Positions 1-9,933 of a stretch of 64,000 bases of DNA are shown here, in pieces; position 1 is the first letter of the stretch; every line of letters begins with the position of its first letter. The stretch covers positions 928,001 to 992,000 of the forward strand of contig OY761158.1 in assembly GCA_963664405.1 (NCBI GenBank), written 5' to 3'. The notes beneath the pieces are model-generated. The model had not been told where the DNA came from. It saw nothing but the letters and a program-made list of their open reading frames with translations, and did no database searches. The stretch comes from Thermoanaerobaculia bacterium (GTDB lineage Bacteria > Acidobacteriota > Thermoanaerobaculia > Multivoradales > Multivoraceae). The position numbers and the translations under genes were made by a program.

Positions 1-926
1 AGGCCTCTTTCGAGCTCCGAGGTCAGTAGATGGATCTCTTCCGCCGCCCGCATCGGGAAGGAGTTGTACTTGAAGGGATCGAACTCCGACTCGATCGAGC
101 TCCAGGCCAGCTTCTTCATTCCCGGAAGACGACTGAACAGGAGCTGCCAGCGGGCCAGGGCTGCCATCCGGGTGACCGCGAAGGCCGGGGAAAGGAAGAC
201 CAGGCCGTCCGGACGAGGGAGGCTCGGATCGCTCAGGGCCGAGACGGCGTGGTCCAGAGCCAGCGCGGCCCCGTTCGAGTAGCCGGCGAGGATGAGAGCT
301 CCATCATTTCTCTGCTCATCAGCGGCGCGAACGGCGACACGTACGGCTGCTCGCCAGTCCTCCCAGGAGACCTGTCGGAGGTCACCGGGAACGGTGCCGT
401 GTCCCGGCAACCGCAGGCCGATCGAGACCAGACCCTGGGCAGCCAGAGTCTCGGCCAGGCTGCGAACACTGTAGGGAGAGTCCGAGAGGCCGTGCAGGAG
501 AACGGCTGCGCCGCGCCGCTTGGCAGGCTCGATGACGAAGGTGCGGTTCCAGTTCCGCGGCAGAGTGTCGGGATTCGTCGGCCCAAGAGGTCGATAGCGG
601 CTCAGGCGCGGGGGTTCATCCTCCACTGCGAGCAGATCCGTCGCCACGGCCGCAAACAGCCGTTCCTCACGGGCAATGTAGTCCTCGAGTCCGAAAGATC
701 CTCCGAGCTCGCGAGCTCTGAGCTCTTCGCGGGGCTCTAGACGATGCCAAGCTCGAAGGTCGGGCTGACGGCGGGCCTTCCCCACATAGGCGACGACGCC
801 TGCCAGCAGGGCTCCAAGCACCATCAGGCCGACGACCTTCAGCCCACCGACCCAACGCGAGCGGCTGCCTTGGCCAGAGGGGAGCCTCATGCGGCCGAGT
901 CCATGGCTCGGCTTCGGAGCTCCCAT
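1..926 (-). CDS. alpha/beta hydrolase with N-terminal membrane anchor, runs off the window edge (not in ORF track)
   Basis: Manual minus-strand translation gives ...AVLLHGLSDSPYSVR...LRLPGHGT...ILAGYSNGAALA (GxSxG nucleophile elbow). Start is 926 or 890. Confidence 0.8.
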   Translation of the reverse strand, partial: MGAPKPSHGLGRMRLPSGQGSRSRWVGGLKVVGLMVLGALLAGVVAYVGKARRQPDLRAWHRLEPREELRARELGGSFGLEDYIAREERLFAAVATDLLAVEDEPPRLSRYRPLGPTNPDTLPRNWNRTFVIEPAKRRGAAVLLHGLSDSPYSVRSLAETLAAQGLVSIGLRLPGHGTVPGDLRQVSWEDWRAAVRVAVRAADEQRNDGALILAGYSNGAALALDHAVSALSDPSLPRPDGLVFLSPAFAVTRMAALARWQLLFSRLPGMKKLAWSSIESEFDPFKYNSFPMRAAEEIHLLTSELERG

Positions 927-1169
927 CTGCTCAGCCGGCCGCTGAGGAGTATTCGGATTCTTCTCCCTATTCTCCAGCCTTCGCTACTCCTTCCGGGCGG
1001 CGGCGCCGAGTGAGCTGATCCCTGAACGGGTCGTGCGATCATAGCAATGCGGTAGAGCGGCTCTTGGCGGTCGCGTGCTTACGCCCCCGGCGATCGAGGC
1101 CGTGCTCGACTAAACTGGCGTCAACGAATACCTGACTGCGCGGGCAGCCCTGCTAGAGTCGATGGAGTC

Positions 1170-3212
1170 ATGCTACCGGGGGATCAAGGGCTCGATTTTG
1201 AAGGCGATCTCAACGACGCACAGCTCCAAGCGGTCCGCAATCTCGAGGGCCCGCACCTGGTCATCGCCGGTGCCGGCAGCGGCAAGACCAGGACTCTGGT
1301 CTATCGGGTAGCCAACCTGGTCGAGCAGGGGGTGGCCCCCGAGTCGATCCTTCTTCTGACCTTCACTCGCCGCGCCGCGAAGGAGATGCTGCGCCGCGCC
1401 AGTTCACTGCTCGACGAGCGCTGCAACCGAGTCGCCGGCGGCACCTTCCACTCCTTTGCCAACATCGTCCTTCGGCGCTGGGCGGAGCTGCTCGGATACT
1501 CGAAAGACTTCACCATTCTCGACCGCGCCGACGCCGGCGCCCTCGTCGGCAGCTTACGCAGCGAGCACGGCCACGACCGCAGGGAGCGTCGTTTCCCTCG
1601 TAAAGACACCCTCGCGGATCTGTTCTCCAAGCAAATCAATACCCACCGCTCTCTCGAACAGCTCCTGGAGGAGGACTACCCCCAGTTTCTCGACGACCTC
1701 GACGCCATCTCGGAGATTCAGGAGCAATACCGCGCCCGAAAGAAAGAGCAGAACGTCATGGACTACGACGACCTGCTGGTGAATCTGAGAGACCTCCTCG
1801 CCAACCACCCCGACCAGCGCAACCGCCTCTCCTCCACCTATCGCTATGTCATGGTCGACGAGTACCAAGACACCAATCGACTGCAGGCTCATATCGGGGC
1901 TCTCTTGGCGTCGGCACACGGCAACATGATGGTGGTCGGCGACGATGCCCAGTCGATCTACTCCTTCCGCGGAGCCGACTTCCGCAACATCATGGACTTC
2001 CCCAAGATCTTCTCCGACTGCCAGGTGACCGTGCTGGAGGAAAACTATCGGAGCACTCAGCCCATTCTGGATCTCAGCAACGAGATCCTGCGTGCCTCGA
2101 CAGAGAAGTACTCCAAAGAGCTGACCACGCAAATCGAAGGGAACGCGAAGCCGGTCTACGTGCGCACCGCCGACGACCACGACCAGGCTGCCTTCATCTG
2201 CGACGCAATCCTCGAGCTCCGAGAAGAAGGCGCTCCGCTGGAGGAGATCGCCGTGCTGTCACGGGCGGCCTGGCACACCAATTCTCTCGAGGTCGAGCTA
2301 CGCCGTCGCAACATCCCCTTTCGCAAATTCGGCGGCATCAAATTCGTCGAAGCTGCGCACGTCAAAGACGTCTGCGCACTGCTGCGCATCAGCCTCAACC
2401 CGCTCGACGTCAGCAGCTGGCTTCGCGTTCTTCAGCTGTTGCCGGGAATTGGACCGCGGCGAGCCCAACAGATGACCGAGCTCGTTGTACGCAGCGCAGG
2501 AGACCCGGAGACCGCCTTCTCCACCCAGTTCCGCGCCGCTCGTTACGGACCCGGCTTGCGCAAGCTCAGCGATGCTCTTCGCGACATCTCGAGGGGGAGC
2601 GAGGCGGCTGTCGGCGAGCGCATCAAGGGGGCTCTCGCCTACTATAAGCCTTTGATGTCGAATAACTACGACGACGCCACTCGACGCGCACAGGACCTCG
2701 AGGCGCTCCTGGTCATTGCCGAGCGTTACCAGACTCTCGAGCGCTTTCTCACCGATATCGCCATCGAGCCGCCCGAGTTCGGCAGGGGCCTCGAGGATCG
2801 AGATCGAGATGACGAGTGGATCACTCTGTCGACGATTCACTCCGCCAAGGGCCTCGAGTGGGAGAGCGTCTTCGTCATCAACCTGGTCAACGGACACTTT
2901 CCGGTGATGAGCGCCACCCTCGAGCCCGACGCCTTCGAAGAGGAGCGACGCCTACTGTATGTAGCGGTGACCCGTTGCAAAGAGAATCTCTTCCTGCTCA
3001 AACCCGAGGTCGTGGCCTCGAGGGCGTGGATGAGCGGCGTCGGAGAGACCAGTCCGCTGATCCGAGAGATCAAGGGCTTCGACTCCCTCACCGAGAGCCG
3101 AAGCTACCGCCCCAGTCGAGATCACGACAGCTTCGGCGGCGGCATCACCAGTCCTGGCGCGAGCAGAGACCGCCTGTCGCGGATCGAGGACTACTTCGAC
3201 GACGAGAGGTAG
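1170..3212 (+). CDS. UvrD/PcrA-family ATP-dependent DNA helicase
   Basis: AGAGSGKT Walker A, VDEYQD, VGDDAQSIYSFRGA, LEENYRS, TIHSAKGLEW, EERRLLYVAVTR. Confidence 0.95.
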   Translation: MLPGDQGLDFEGDLNDAQLQAVRNLEGPHLVIAGAGSGKTRTLVYRVANLVEQGVAPESILLLTFTRRAAKEMLRRASSLLDERCNRVAGGTFHSFANIVLRRWAELLGYSKDFTILDRADAGALVGSLRSEHGHDRRERRFPRKDTLADLFSKQINTHRSLEQLLEEDYPQFLDDLDAISEIQEQYRARKKEQNVMDYDDLLVNLRDLLANHPDQRNRLSSTYRYVMVDEYQDTNRLQAHIGALLASAHGNMMVVGDDAQSIYSFRGADFRNIMDFPKIFSDCQVTVLEENYRSTQPILDLSNEILRASTEKYSKELTTQIEGNAKPVYVRTADDHDQAAFICDAILELREEGAPLEEIAVLSRAAWHTNSLEVELRRRNIPFRKFGGIKFVEAAHVKDVCALLRISLNPLDVSSWLRVLQLLPGIGPRRAQQMTELVVRSAGDPETAFSTQFRAARYGPGLRKLSDALRDISRGSEAAVGERIKGALAYYKPLMSNNYDDATRRAQDLEALLVIAERYQTLERFLTDIAIEPPEFGRGLEDRDRDDEWITLSTIHSAKGLEWESVFVINLVNGHFPVMSATLEPDAFEEERRLLYVAVTRCKENLFLLKPEVVASRAWMSGVGETSPLIREIKGFDSLTESRSYRPSRDHDSFGGGITSPGASRDRLSRIEDYFDDER

Positions 3213-3223
3213 CGACTCCCACG

Positions 3224-4006
3224 ATGACGCCAAGACTCGACGACCATGTAGCGCTAATCAGCGGCGGTGGCAGTGGCATCGGTGCGGCGATCGCCCGTAG
3301 CTTCTCCGCGGCCGGGGCCAAGGTAGCGATCAGCGGGCGGCGATCAGAGGTGCTGCAGCAGAGCGCCGAAGCGATCACCGAGGAGACGGGAGGAGAGGTG
3401 TTTTCGGCCGCCGGCGACGTCTCGAGTCCGAAAGACTGCAGGCGCATGGTAGCAGAGACCGTGGACCGCTTCGGCGGCCTGCAGGTCCTGGTCAACAATG
3501 CCGGAGCCTACGCCGGGGGACCTCTTCTGGAGAGCTCCTCCGAGACCATCCATGCGGTCGTCGACGTCGACCTCAAGGGCCCTATGTTCTTGAGCCAGGC
3601 GGCATTGCCTGAGCTCAAGAAGAGCGCTGATCTGCGCGCCTCGATCCTCAACATCTCTTCTTCCGTGACCTTCCATCCGGTGGTCAATTTCTCGGTCTAC
3701 TCCGCGGCCAAGGCCGGACTGGAGATGCTCACGCGCTGTTGGGCTTCGGAGCTAGGGCCCGATCGGATCCGGGTGAATGCGATCTGCCCCGGAGTTGTGC
3801 GTACGCCGGTCTTCGGAACGATCATGCCGCAGGATCAGGTGGACGACTTTCTCGCCACCTTCGACCACGCTACACCCCTGGGCCGCATCGGCGAGCCCGA
3901 AGATGTCGCTCGGCTCGCCCTCTTCCTGGCCAGCCCGGCTAGCGAATGGATGACTGGCGCGGTGATTCCTCTCGATGGCGGACTCAGCCTGGCTGCGAGT
4001 ACGTGA
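3224..4006 (+). CDS. SDR family oxidoreductase
   Basis: SGGGSGIG, NNAG and YSAAK motifs. ATG at 3224 is in the 2816..4006 frame. Confidence 0.92.
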   Translation: MTPRLDDHVALISGGGSGIGAAIARSFSAAGAKVAISGRRSEVLQQSAEAITEETGGEVFSAAGDVSSPKDCRRMVAETVDRFGGLQVLVNNAGAYAGGPLLESSSETIHAVVDVDLKGPMFLSQAALPELKKSADLRASILNISSSVTFHPVVNFSVYSAAKAGLEMLTRCWASELGPDRIRVNAICPGVVRTPVFGTIMPQDQVDDFLATFDHATPLGRIGEPEDVARLALFLASPASEWMTGAVIPLDGGLSLAAST

Positions 4007-5040
4007 GCGCGGTTGTCAAGAGAACGCTCGGCAATCTTCTGCTTATGGGCCTGGCCCTGGGGATTGCGACACTCCTTGGAGAGTTGGGGCTTCGTGTGTT
4101 TCTGCCGCAGAAAACCATGTACCCCCGCTATGTCGACTCGCCCGACTATCCGATCGCTCTTCCAGCGAATAGCAAGATCGTCCACGCCCAGGGGGGGCGC
4201 TGGCGCTTCGAGTACAACACCAATCGAGAGGGTCACCGTGGCACCTACCTCTCCGTATCCGACACTGACCACACGACTCGCGTGGTCACGCTCGGCGACT
4301 CGTTCACCTTCGGCGAGGGGGTCAACGACGACGACGTCTATCCGCACGTACTCGCGGAGCTTTTGGGGTCCGGCTATAGCGTCATAAACGGCGGCATGAG
4401 TGGCTGGGGTATCGACTCTCAGATCAAGTGGTTCTTCAAGGAGGGCGCGCCCTACCGGCCGCTCATCGTGACCCTCCAGTTTTCCGGCAACGACCCCTCT
4501 GATTTCTACGGAGTGACGAAGATCGAGGACGGGCAGTTCACCTTTCATCCTAATCCAAACATCAGACCCTCCTGGCAGATGAGGATCTCCAGGTCTTACC
4601 TCCTGCAGAAGTCTCACATCTATGCAGGCGTCCGCGGTCTTTACGTTCGCTCCATCGTTCGAGAGGAAGGCGACACCCGCCGCGACGAGCTCAAGCCCGA
4701 ACCCCGTCCAGGCGAGGAGAAGTACGCACGAATGCTGCAGCTGTTCGCCGACACCCTCCGCCGGCAGGGCTCAATGCTGCTCTTCCTCAGCGTGACTCAC
4801 GGGCACGCCGACGAGTCCTACCACTACGACCTGAATCACTTCCCGACGATCAGAGATGCGACGACCCGGCTTGATGCCGCAGGACGGATGCGCTTTGTGG
4901 AGCTACCCAGCGCTGAGATGCGGCAGTATCCGGGCAGCCCCGAGGGCCATAAATGGTCCGCTCCGCATCATCGTCTCGCAGCCCATGCGATCGCCCAAGA
5001 GATTCGAACTATCCACGATCCTGGCTCGGGCGACGACTGA
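4003..5040 (+). CDS. SGNH/GDSL hydrolase-like membrane-anchored protein
   Basis: N-terminal TM helix, LGDSFTFGEGV, NGGMSGWG, GND, EGH. GTG overlaps the SDR stop. Confidence 0.8.
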   Translation: MSAVVKRTLGNLLLMGLALGIATLLGELGLRVFLPQKTMYPRYVDSPDYPIALPANSKIVHAQGGRWRFEYNTNREGHRGTYLSVSDTDHTTRVVTLGDSFTFGEGVNDDDVYPHVLAELLGSGYSVINGGMSGWGIDSQIKWFFKEGAPYRPLIVTLQFSGNDPSDFYGVTKIEDGQFTFHPNPNIRPSWQMRISRSYLLQKSHIYAGVRGLYVRSIVREEGDTRRDELKPEPRPGEEKYARMLQLFADTLRRQGSMLLFLSVTHGHADESYHYDLNHFPTIRDATTRLDAAGRMRFVELPSAEMRQYPGSPEGHKWSAPHHRLAAHAIAQEIRTIHDPGSGDD

Positions 5041-5057
5041 GATCTCCCGCTCGCAGC

Positions 5058-6311
5058 TTACGCCCCGAACTTGGCCAGCTTGCCGGCGTTGGCCATCGCC
5101 AGCGGCAGAAGGTCGAGGTGACGCAGCGAGCCGAGACTCCCTCCACGGCAATCCATTTCGGTAAAGCTGCGCCCGTCCGGGCGGACAAGACGGCTCCATA
5201 ACAACACCGGAAGCGGGTGCCAGGAATGGGCCCGCAACGGCACTGGTGTCGAGTGGTCGCCGGTGATCACGACGACGTCGGGCTCGCCTTCGAGGAGCTC
5301 GGGGAGGATGGCGTCGAAGTCTTCCACCTGCTCCGTCTTCTTTGCAGAATCGCCGTCCTCGCCATAGCTGTCGGTCTTCTTCACGTGAAAGTAGAGAAAC
5401 TCGTAATCGCGACTATGAGCACGGTAGGAAGCCAGCTTTGCCGGCGTCCGCTCGCCGGTGCCCTCGAGATCGATCGGGGGGCACTCCATACCCACCAGCC
5501 GTGACACTCCGCGGTACATCGGGTAAGCGGCGATCGAGCCTGCTCGAAGGCGGCAGATGTCACCAATCCGCGGCAGCTCAGGTCGTCTGCCAATGCCTCG
5601 CAAAAGCACCCCGTTGACCGCGGGCTCCGCCTCTCGCGCCACCGGCACATCGCTCAGCACCTCGGCGCAAAGCTCGGAAAGGCGCTCGAGGACGCTCGCC
5701 GTCCGACTGTCGGATTGATCGCCGCTCTGAGCCTTCGCGGCTCGACGCGCCAGCCCGACCCGGCCCGGATCGGTGTCACCGACTTCCCCCCCGAGTCCCT
5801 CGCCGCGCAGCCGCACCACGAACCTGTATTCGGACTCTGTATGGAGCTCGACCGCGACACCCTCGACTTCTGAGATCTCCGCCTTCAGGGCGGTTATCAG
5901 TTCCTCATTCAGCGCGGTCGAGATCCGCCCTGCCCGGCGATCCGCAACAAGGCCATCGTTGTCAAAAGTGGCAAAGTTGCCCCGAGCCGCCACCTCCTCA
6001 CCGCCAAGATCGAGATCGATCCCGAGCGCCGAGAGCACTCCTCGGCCGACGTCGTAGACCAGCGGGTCGTAACCGAAGAGGGAAAGGTGACCAGGCCCGC
6101 TACCGGGTGTGATCCCTGGAGCAACTACAGTCGAAAGCCCGAGAGACGCCTCTCGCGACAGCGCATCGAGATTGGGTGTATCAGCCGCCGAGAGCGGCGT
6201 TTCCCCATCGACGGGAACGTCACCGATGCCATCGAGAACCACCAAGAGGATTCTGGTGTCGCTGGCGATGCTGAGTCTCTGCAGCAGAGCGAGGGGATAC
6301 GGCAACACCAT
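5058..6311 (-). CDS. apgM: 2,3-bisphosphoglycerate-independent phosphoglycerate mutase (ApgM type)
   Basis: LDGIGD, TPGSGPGHLSLFGYDP, DRRAGRI, TGDHSTP, HSWHP. Confidence 0.9.
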   Translation of the reverse strand: MVLPYPLALLQRLSIASDTRILLVVLDGIGDVPVDGETPLSAADTPNLDALSREASLGLSTVVAPGITPGSGPGHLSLFGYDPLVYDVGRGVLSALGIDLDLGGEEVAARGNFATFDNDGLVADRRAGRISTALNEELITALKAEISEVEGVAVELHTESEYRFVVRLRGEGLGGEVGDTDPGRVGLARRAAKAQSGDQSDSRTASVLERLSELCAEVLSDVPVAREAEPAVNGVLLRGIGRRPELPRIGDICRLRAGSIAAYPMYRGVSRLVGMECPPIDLEGTGERTPAKLASYRAHSRDYEFLYFHVKKTDSYGEDGDSAKKTEQVEDFDAILPELLEGEPDVVVITGDHSTPVPLRAHSWHPLPVLLWSRLVRPDGRSFTEMDCRGGSLGSLRHLDLLPLAMANAGKLAKFGA

Positions 6312-6336
6312 ACTCGGATTGTACCTCCGGCGCCCT

Positions 6337-6810
6337 CTAACTGACCGGCCCGCAGCAGATGCGGAGGTCGCCGGGGTTCTTATGGTCGTAGCGCCACAGC
6401 AGCTCCCCCCTCAGCGCGTCCAGGGCGAAGAGACGATTGTGCGAAGAGGTGGCGTAGAGGATGCCGTCATATACGACCGGCGAGGTTTCGAGCTGAATCG
6501 CCACGCCCGTCGGCAGCATCCACGCCAAACGTAAGCTACTCAGGCTCTCGGCGTCGAGCGCCTCGATCGGAGAGTGGCGCCAGGCCGCGAAGTTACCGCC
6601 GAAGTGGAGCCAGGCAGCGGCCGTCGGCGAGTCGGCGAGCAGCTCGTCGGTCACCGGCCCCATCCCTCTCCCGGCGGGCGCGTCGCGGGTCCAGTGGCTG
6701 GCTGCAGGACCCACGCCGGGATTCCCCTCGCCCTGCTGGGCCGGCAGCAGATTTCCCGAGAAGGCAGCGAGGCACAAGAGAAGAGCGAGTGCCCGCAACG
6801 AGCTGGTCAA
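6337..6810 (-). pseudogene. 5' fragment of a PQQ-dependent alcohol dehydrogenase
   Basis: Signal peptide, WLHFGG...RHSP, ETSPVVYDGILY, then CCGPV followed by S-stop. About 157 aa against ~555 aa for the paralog at 29713-31377. Confidence 0.8.
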
Positions 6811-8393
6811 TCCGAGTCGACCCGTCGGCCGGAAAAGCTGAACTTCTGACTGCCGAGCTCCACTTCGCCTGAAAGCTCGGAGGACTCGAAGCCACCCCTT
6901 CCCTGCACTGCCAGCCGGCCGAACGAAGAAGCCAGGATGGCGCTGAAGCCCGCATCTCCGCCCGCGACTTCTATCAGCCGACCTTCGATTAGCTCTCCAT
7001 TGATCGGGATGTACCACATCCCCTCTCCCTCGGACGGAAAGTGCAGCACCGTCTCTATCACTTCGTCCTCGTTCTGATCTCGCTCCCATACCCGAACGGC
7101 AAAGACTTCTCCGGGATGATCCCGCCTGAGCTCGGCGGAGATGAGCTTCAGTCTGTCCTCCGCGCTGAGAGGGCGCAGCCCCTCTTTCACGGTGTAGTCG
7201 ACGAAGCCGATCATCATCTCGTCGAAGGACTCATTGCCGAAGGTCACGTCGACACTCGGGTCCGGGTTGTCCGGGTTGTCCGGGTTGCCGGCCGAGTTGT
7301 CGAAGTGGGCAAGGCAATCGATGCGAGTACCGGCAGGAAGATCGAGGGGCGCCTCGAGCTCGTAGACGGTCTGCCAGTTGAAGTCGTAGCCCGGCACCCG
7401 CAGAAGGGTCTCGCGCCTGCCGTCCGGGTAGATGGCCGTGTAGGTGAAGTCCCTGCCCCGATAGTGCATATGAGGAAAGAGAGAGTAGAGCACGCTGTCC
7501 TGCCGGAAGGTGAAAGACGAGCGCACCGCGTGATTCTCGGCGCCGGAGGGAATCTTGAATCCGGTATTCTGCACCCACAAGTTGACCAGCTCTTTCTCGG
7601 GCTCGCCTTCGAGGAAGTGCAGACCGATACGCGTCTGGTCGCTACTGGCAGCGTCGGTCGGGTGGTAGTGCATGTCCGCAACGATCCTCGAGCCCTTCTT
7701 GAGCAGTCGACCCGTTCCTTCAGGGAAAGTCATCGGAACCATCCCTGCGGCCCACGCACCGAGCCAACCGGTCGGCGATTGCTGGCCGTCTTCGAGCACG
7801 AAGATGATCACGTGGTGCACGACTCGGCGGTTCGAAGGCAGAATCTCGATCGACTGCACCCAACGGTCCTCGGGCAGCTCATACGTCGCGGACATGTTCT
7901 TGAAGACATCAGGACCGCCCCCCGCGAGCTCGACGGCGTCAAAGGCCACCTCGAGGTCGGGTTCACCCAGGCGCCAGCCGTCGCCGAAAGCGGGGACCGT
8001 CGGCATGTCCGCAGGATCGCCCGCCGGCGCACCCTGCTTGACCCAACGTACGAGAATCTCTTTCTCCCGGTCGCTCAGCCGCCGATCATTCGAGAACTTG
8101 CCGTAGGACGCATCGGCGTGCCACGGAGGCATGGTTCCCTCACTCACGGCTCGCCGAATGGACTTCGCCCACGGACGAACCTCGTCGTAGCTGCGAAGGG
8201 CCATCGGGGCGATGTCGTCGGGTCGGTGACAGGTCACGCACTTTTAGTGCAGAACGGGCGCGACATCTCTGCTGAAGCTGATCTTCTTGGGCAGGTCCGC
8301 CACGTCGGTGGCGGCGGGACGGCTGGCGGCAAGAATCGGAGCCGCGGTCACCGTAGCGGCGACGAGCAACGTGACGGAAGAAACGATCTTCAT
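6807..8393 (-). pseudogene. cytochrome c (CxxCH) fused to a copper type II (PHM/DBH-like) monooxygenase domain, interrupted by in-frame TAA
   Basis: ATG 8393 reads MKIVSSVTLL...RDVAPVLH*KCVTCHRP (TAA 8244-8246). Downstream are HH, HYH, HMH and DEMM copper-ligand motifs. Confidence 0.8.
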
Positions 8394-8462
8394 GGAGTCT
8401 CCTTGGGCATCCTCTGTCTAGGACGAGAAAAGTCCGATTTGGTTTCACCCGAGATCGTACTT

Positions 8463-9890
8463 TCAGCCCTCTTGGTAGGCCCGGTGCCGAAACAAAAACT
8501 CGATGATGTTGCCTTCGTGCGGCTGAAACCAGTCTAACTTGATCGTCGGGATCGCGCCAAGGTTGAGCCGGTCGATGTTGGTCGCATCCTTGAGCTGAGC
8601 GCGGAACTGGGCGTCCTCGGTGATCGCACTTCCGACCAGAGTCTGGCCGATCGAGCCGAGCATCTTCTCCTGCGGGCACTCGACCACCGAGGCGAAGGGG
8701 AACATGTACTCACTGTGGGCGAGAGGGGCTTCCGGCGACGGGCAGTGGATGATCGTAGGACAGAGATAGTCGCAGCGCTCCTTGGCAACCAATCGATCTT
8801 CGCCATCGTTTCGCGCTCTTGCCGTCATGTCGGCTGCGCCTCCCTCACCTAGCTGGTCTTCGATCTGATTCGATACCGCCTCGGCTACGCCGGGCACGGT
8901 AAAGGCCGCCAAGGCGCTCTCCGGGTCGGTCGCCGACAGCGGACGCACCGGAGCCAATCGCTCCGCCAGCGCGGTGGCGATCTCTTTGGTGTGCCGAGAG
9001 GCCCAGATTCCGGAGCAATTGATGCAGCCGCGACCACTGTTCAGCAGCACGCTATCCGTCATGATGTCGAGATAGCTCTCCCAGTCGTCGACCACGTCGT
9101 CGCCAAGCAGGATCTTGGAGAAGCCAGGCCCGTGGACCTGCACCGACGGATCGCCCTTGTACTGCTCCACGGTAGCGGTTCCGCCGAAGATCAAGCTCTT
9201 CGAGCACCCCGCGAGAACGGCGGCGCCGATGTCACCAAGCCCGGGGTAAATACAGATCGTCTCTCGCGGGACACCGGCCTCGAAGAAAGCCTGTGTCATG
9301 CGAAAGGGGGTCCACGGCTCCTGCGGACCCGGCTTGAACACCAGACCGATCTGCAGAGGGATGATGGGAAGCCACAGCGTATGCACACCCGGCGAGTTCG
9401 AGGGCAGGACCAGGCCAAGGACTGGAGAAAGCGCCTGATAGCTCACCGGAACTCCACGCTCTTCGACCCCATTCCCCTCGCTCAGAATCTCGAGCGGCAG
9501 GCCTCTTGTGAGCGAAGCGAGGATCTCCTCCATATGGGTGAGGACGAAGTGGTTCTTCTCCATATTCGCCCGCGACATATGCTCGGGCAAGCCGGTCGTC
9601 GCCGACTGCATGCGGACGAAATCGGCAGGGCTCTGGGTGCCGTTGCCGAGCTGAAGATCGCCCTCCATGTAGAGGTCGGCCACCTTCTTCATCATCTCGA
9701 GGAGCTCGCGAATGGGGATCTCCCTCAGTAGGTCGCGGGCTCGCTGCTGCTTGCGCATGTCCCTCTGCACCATGCCGGCGTTGGCCTGACTGATCTGGGC
9801 CAGCTCCTCACCGGTCTCGAAGTGGACCACCGAGTCCTTCTCGAGGCTGTCGTAGGGCTGTCCCCAGCGAATCAACGGAATATCAAGCAT
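8463..9890 (-). CDS. aldehyde dehydrogenase/acyl-CoA reductase-like protein (GriD/LuxC-like)
   Basis: LPSNSPGVH, FKPG, HGPGFSK, NSGRGCINCS, EYMFP. Start MLDIPL has an AGGAG upstream. Confidence 0.8.
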   Translation of the reverse strand: MLDIPLIRWGQPYDSLEKDSVVHFETGEELAQISQANAGMVQRDMRKQQRARDLLREIPIRELLEMMKKVADLYMEGDLQLGNGTQSPADFVRMQSATTGLPEHMSRANMEKNHFVLTHMEEILASLTRGLPLEILSEGNGVEERGVPVSYQALSPVLGLVLPSNSPGVHTLWLPIIPLQIGLVFKPGPQEPWTPFRMTQAFFEAGVPRETICIYPGLGDIGAAVLAGCSKSLIFGGTATVEQYKGDPSVQVHGPGFSKILLGDDVVDDWESYLDIMTDSVLLNSGRGCINCSGIWASRHTKEIATALAERLAPVRPLSATDPESALAAFTVPGVAEAVSNQIEDQLGEGGAADMTARARNDGEDRLVAKERCDYLCPTIIHCPSPEAPLAHSEYMFPFASVVECPQEKMLGSIGQTLVGSAITEDAQFRAQLKDATNIDRLNLGAIPTIKLDWFQPHEGNIIEFLFRHRAYQEG

Positions 9891-9933
9891 TTCGACTCCT
9901 AGTATTGGCCGGATTGGCGCCGGTTCCCGGTCG

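Noticed and set aside
7261-7287. 9-bp tandem repeat (tccgggttg x3)
   Set aside because: In-frame coding repeat (NPD)n in a loop, so of little significance.
8244-8246. Programmed read-through of TAA
   Set aside because: No known bacterial UAA recoding fits, and TAA ends other genes such as apgM. Mutation or base error is simpler.
7041-8537. Long opposite-strand ORFs (also 30..740, 11098..12096, 20600..21850, 56924..58378)
   Set aside because: Antisense shadows of well-supported genes in GC-rich DNA, with no recognisable motifs.
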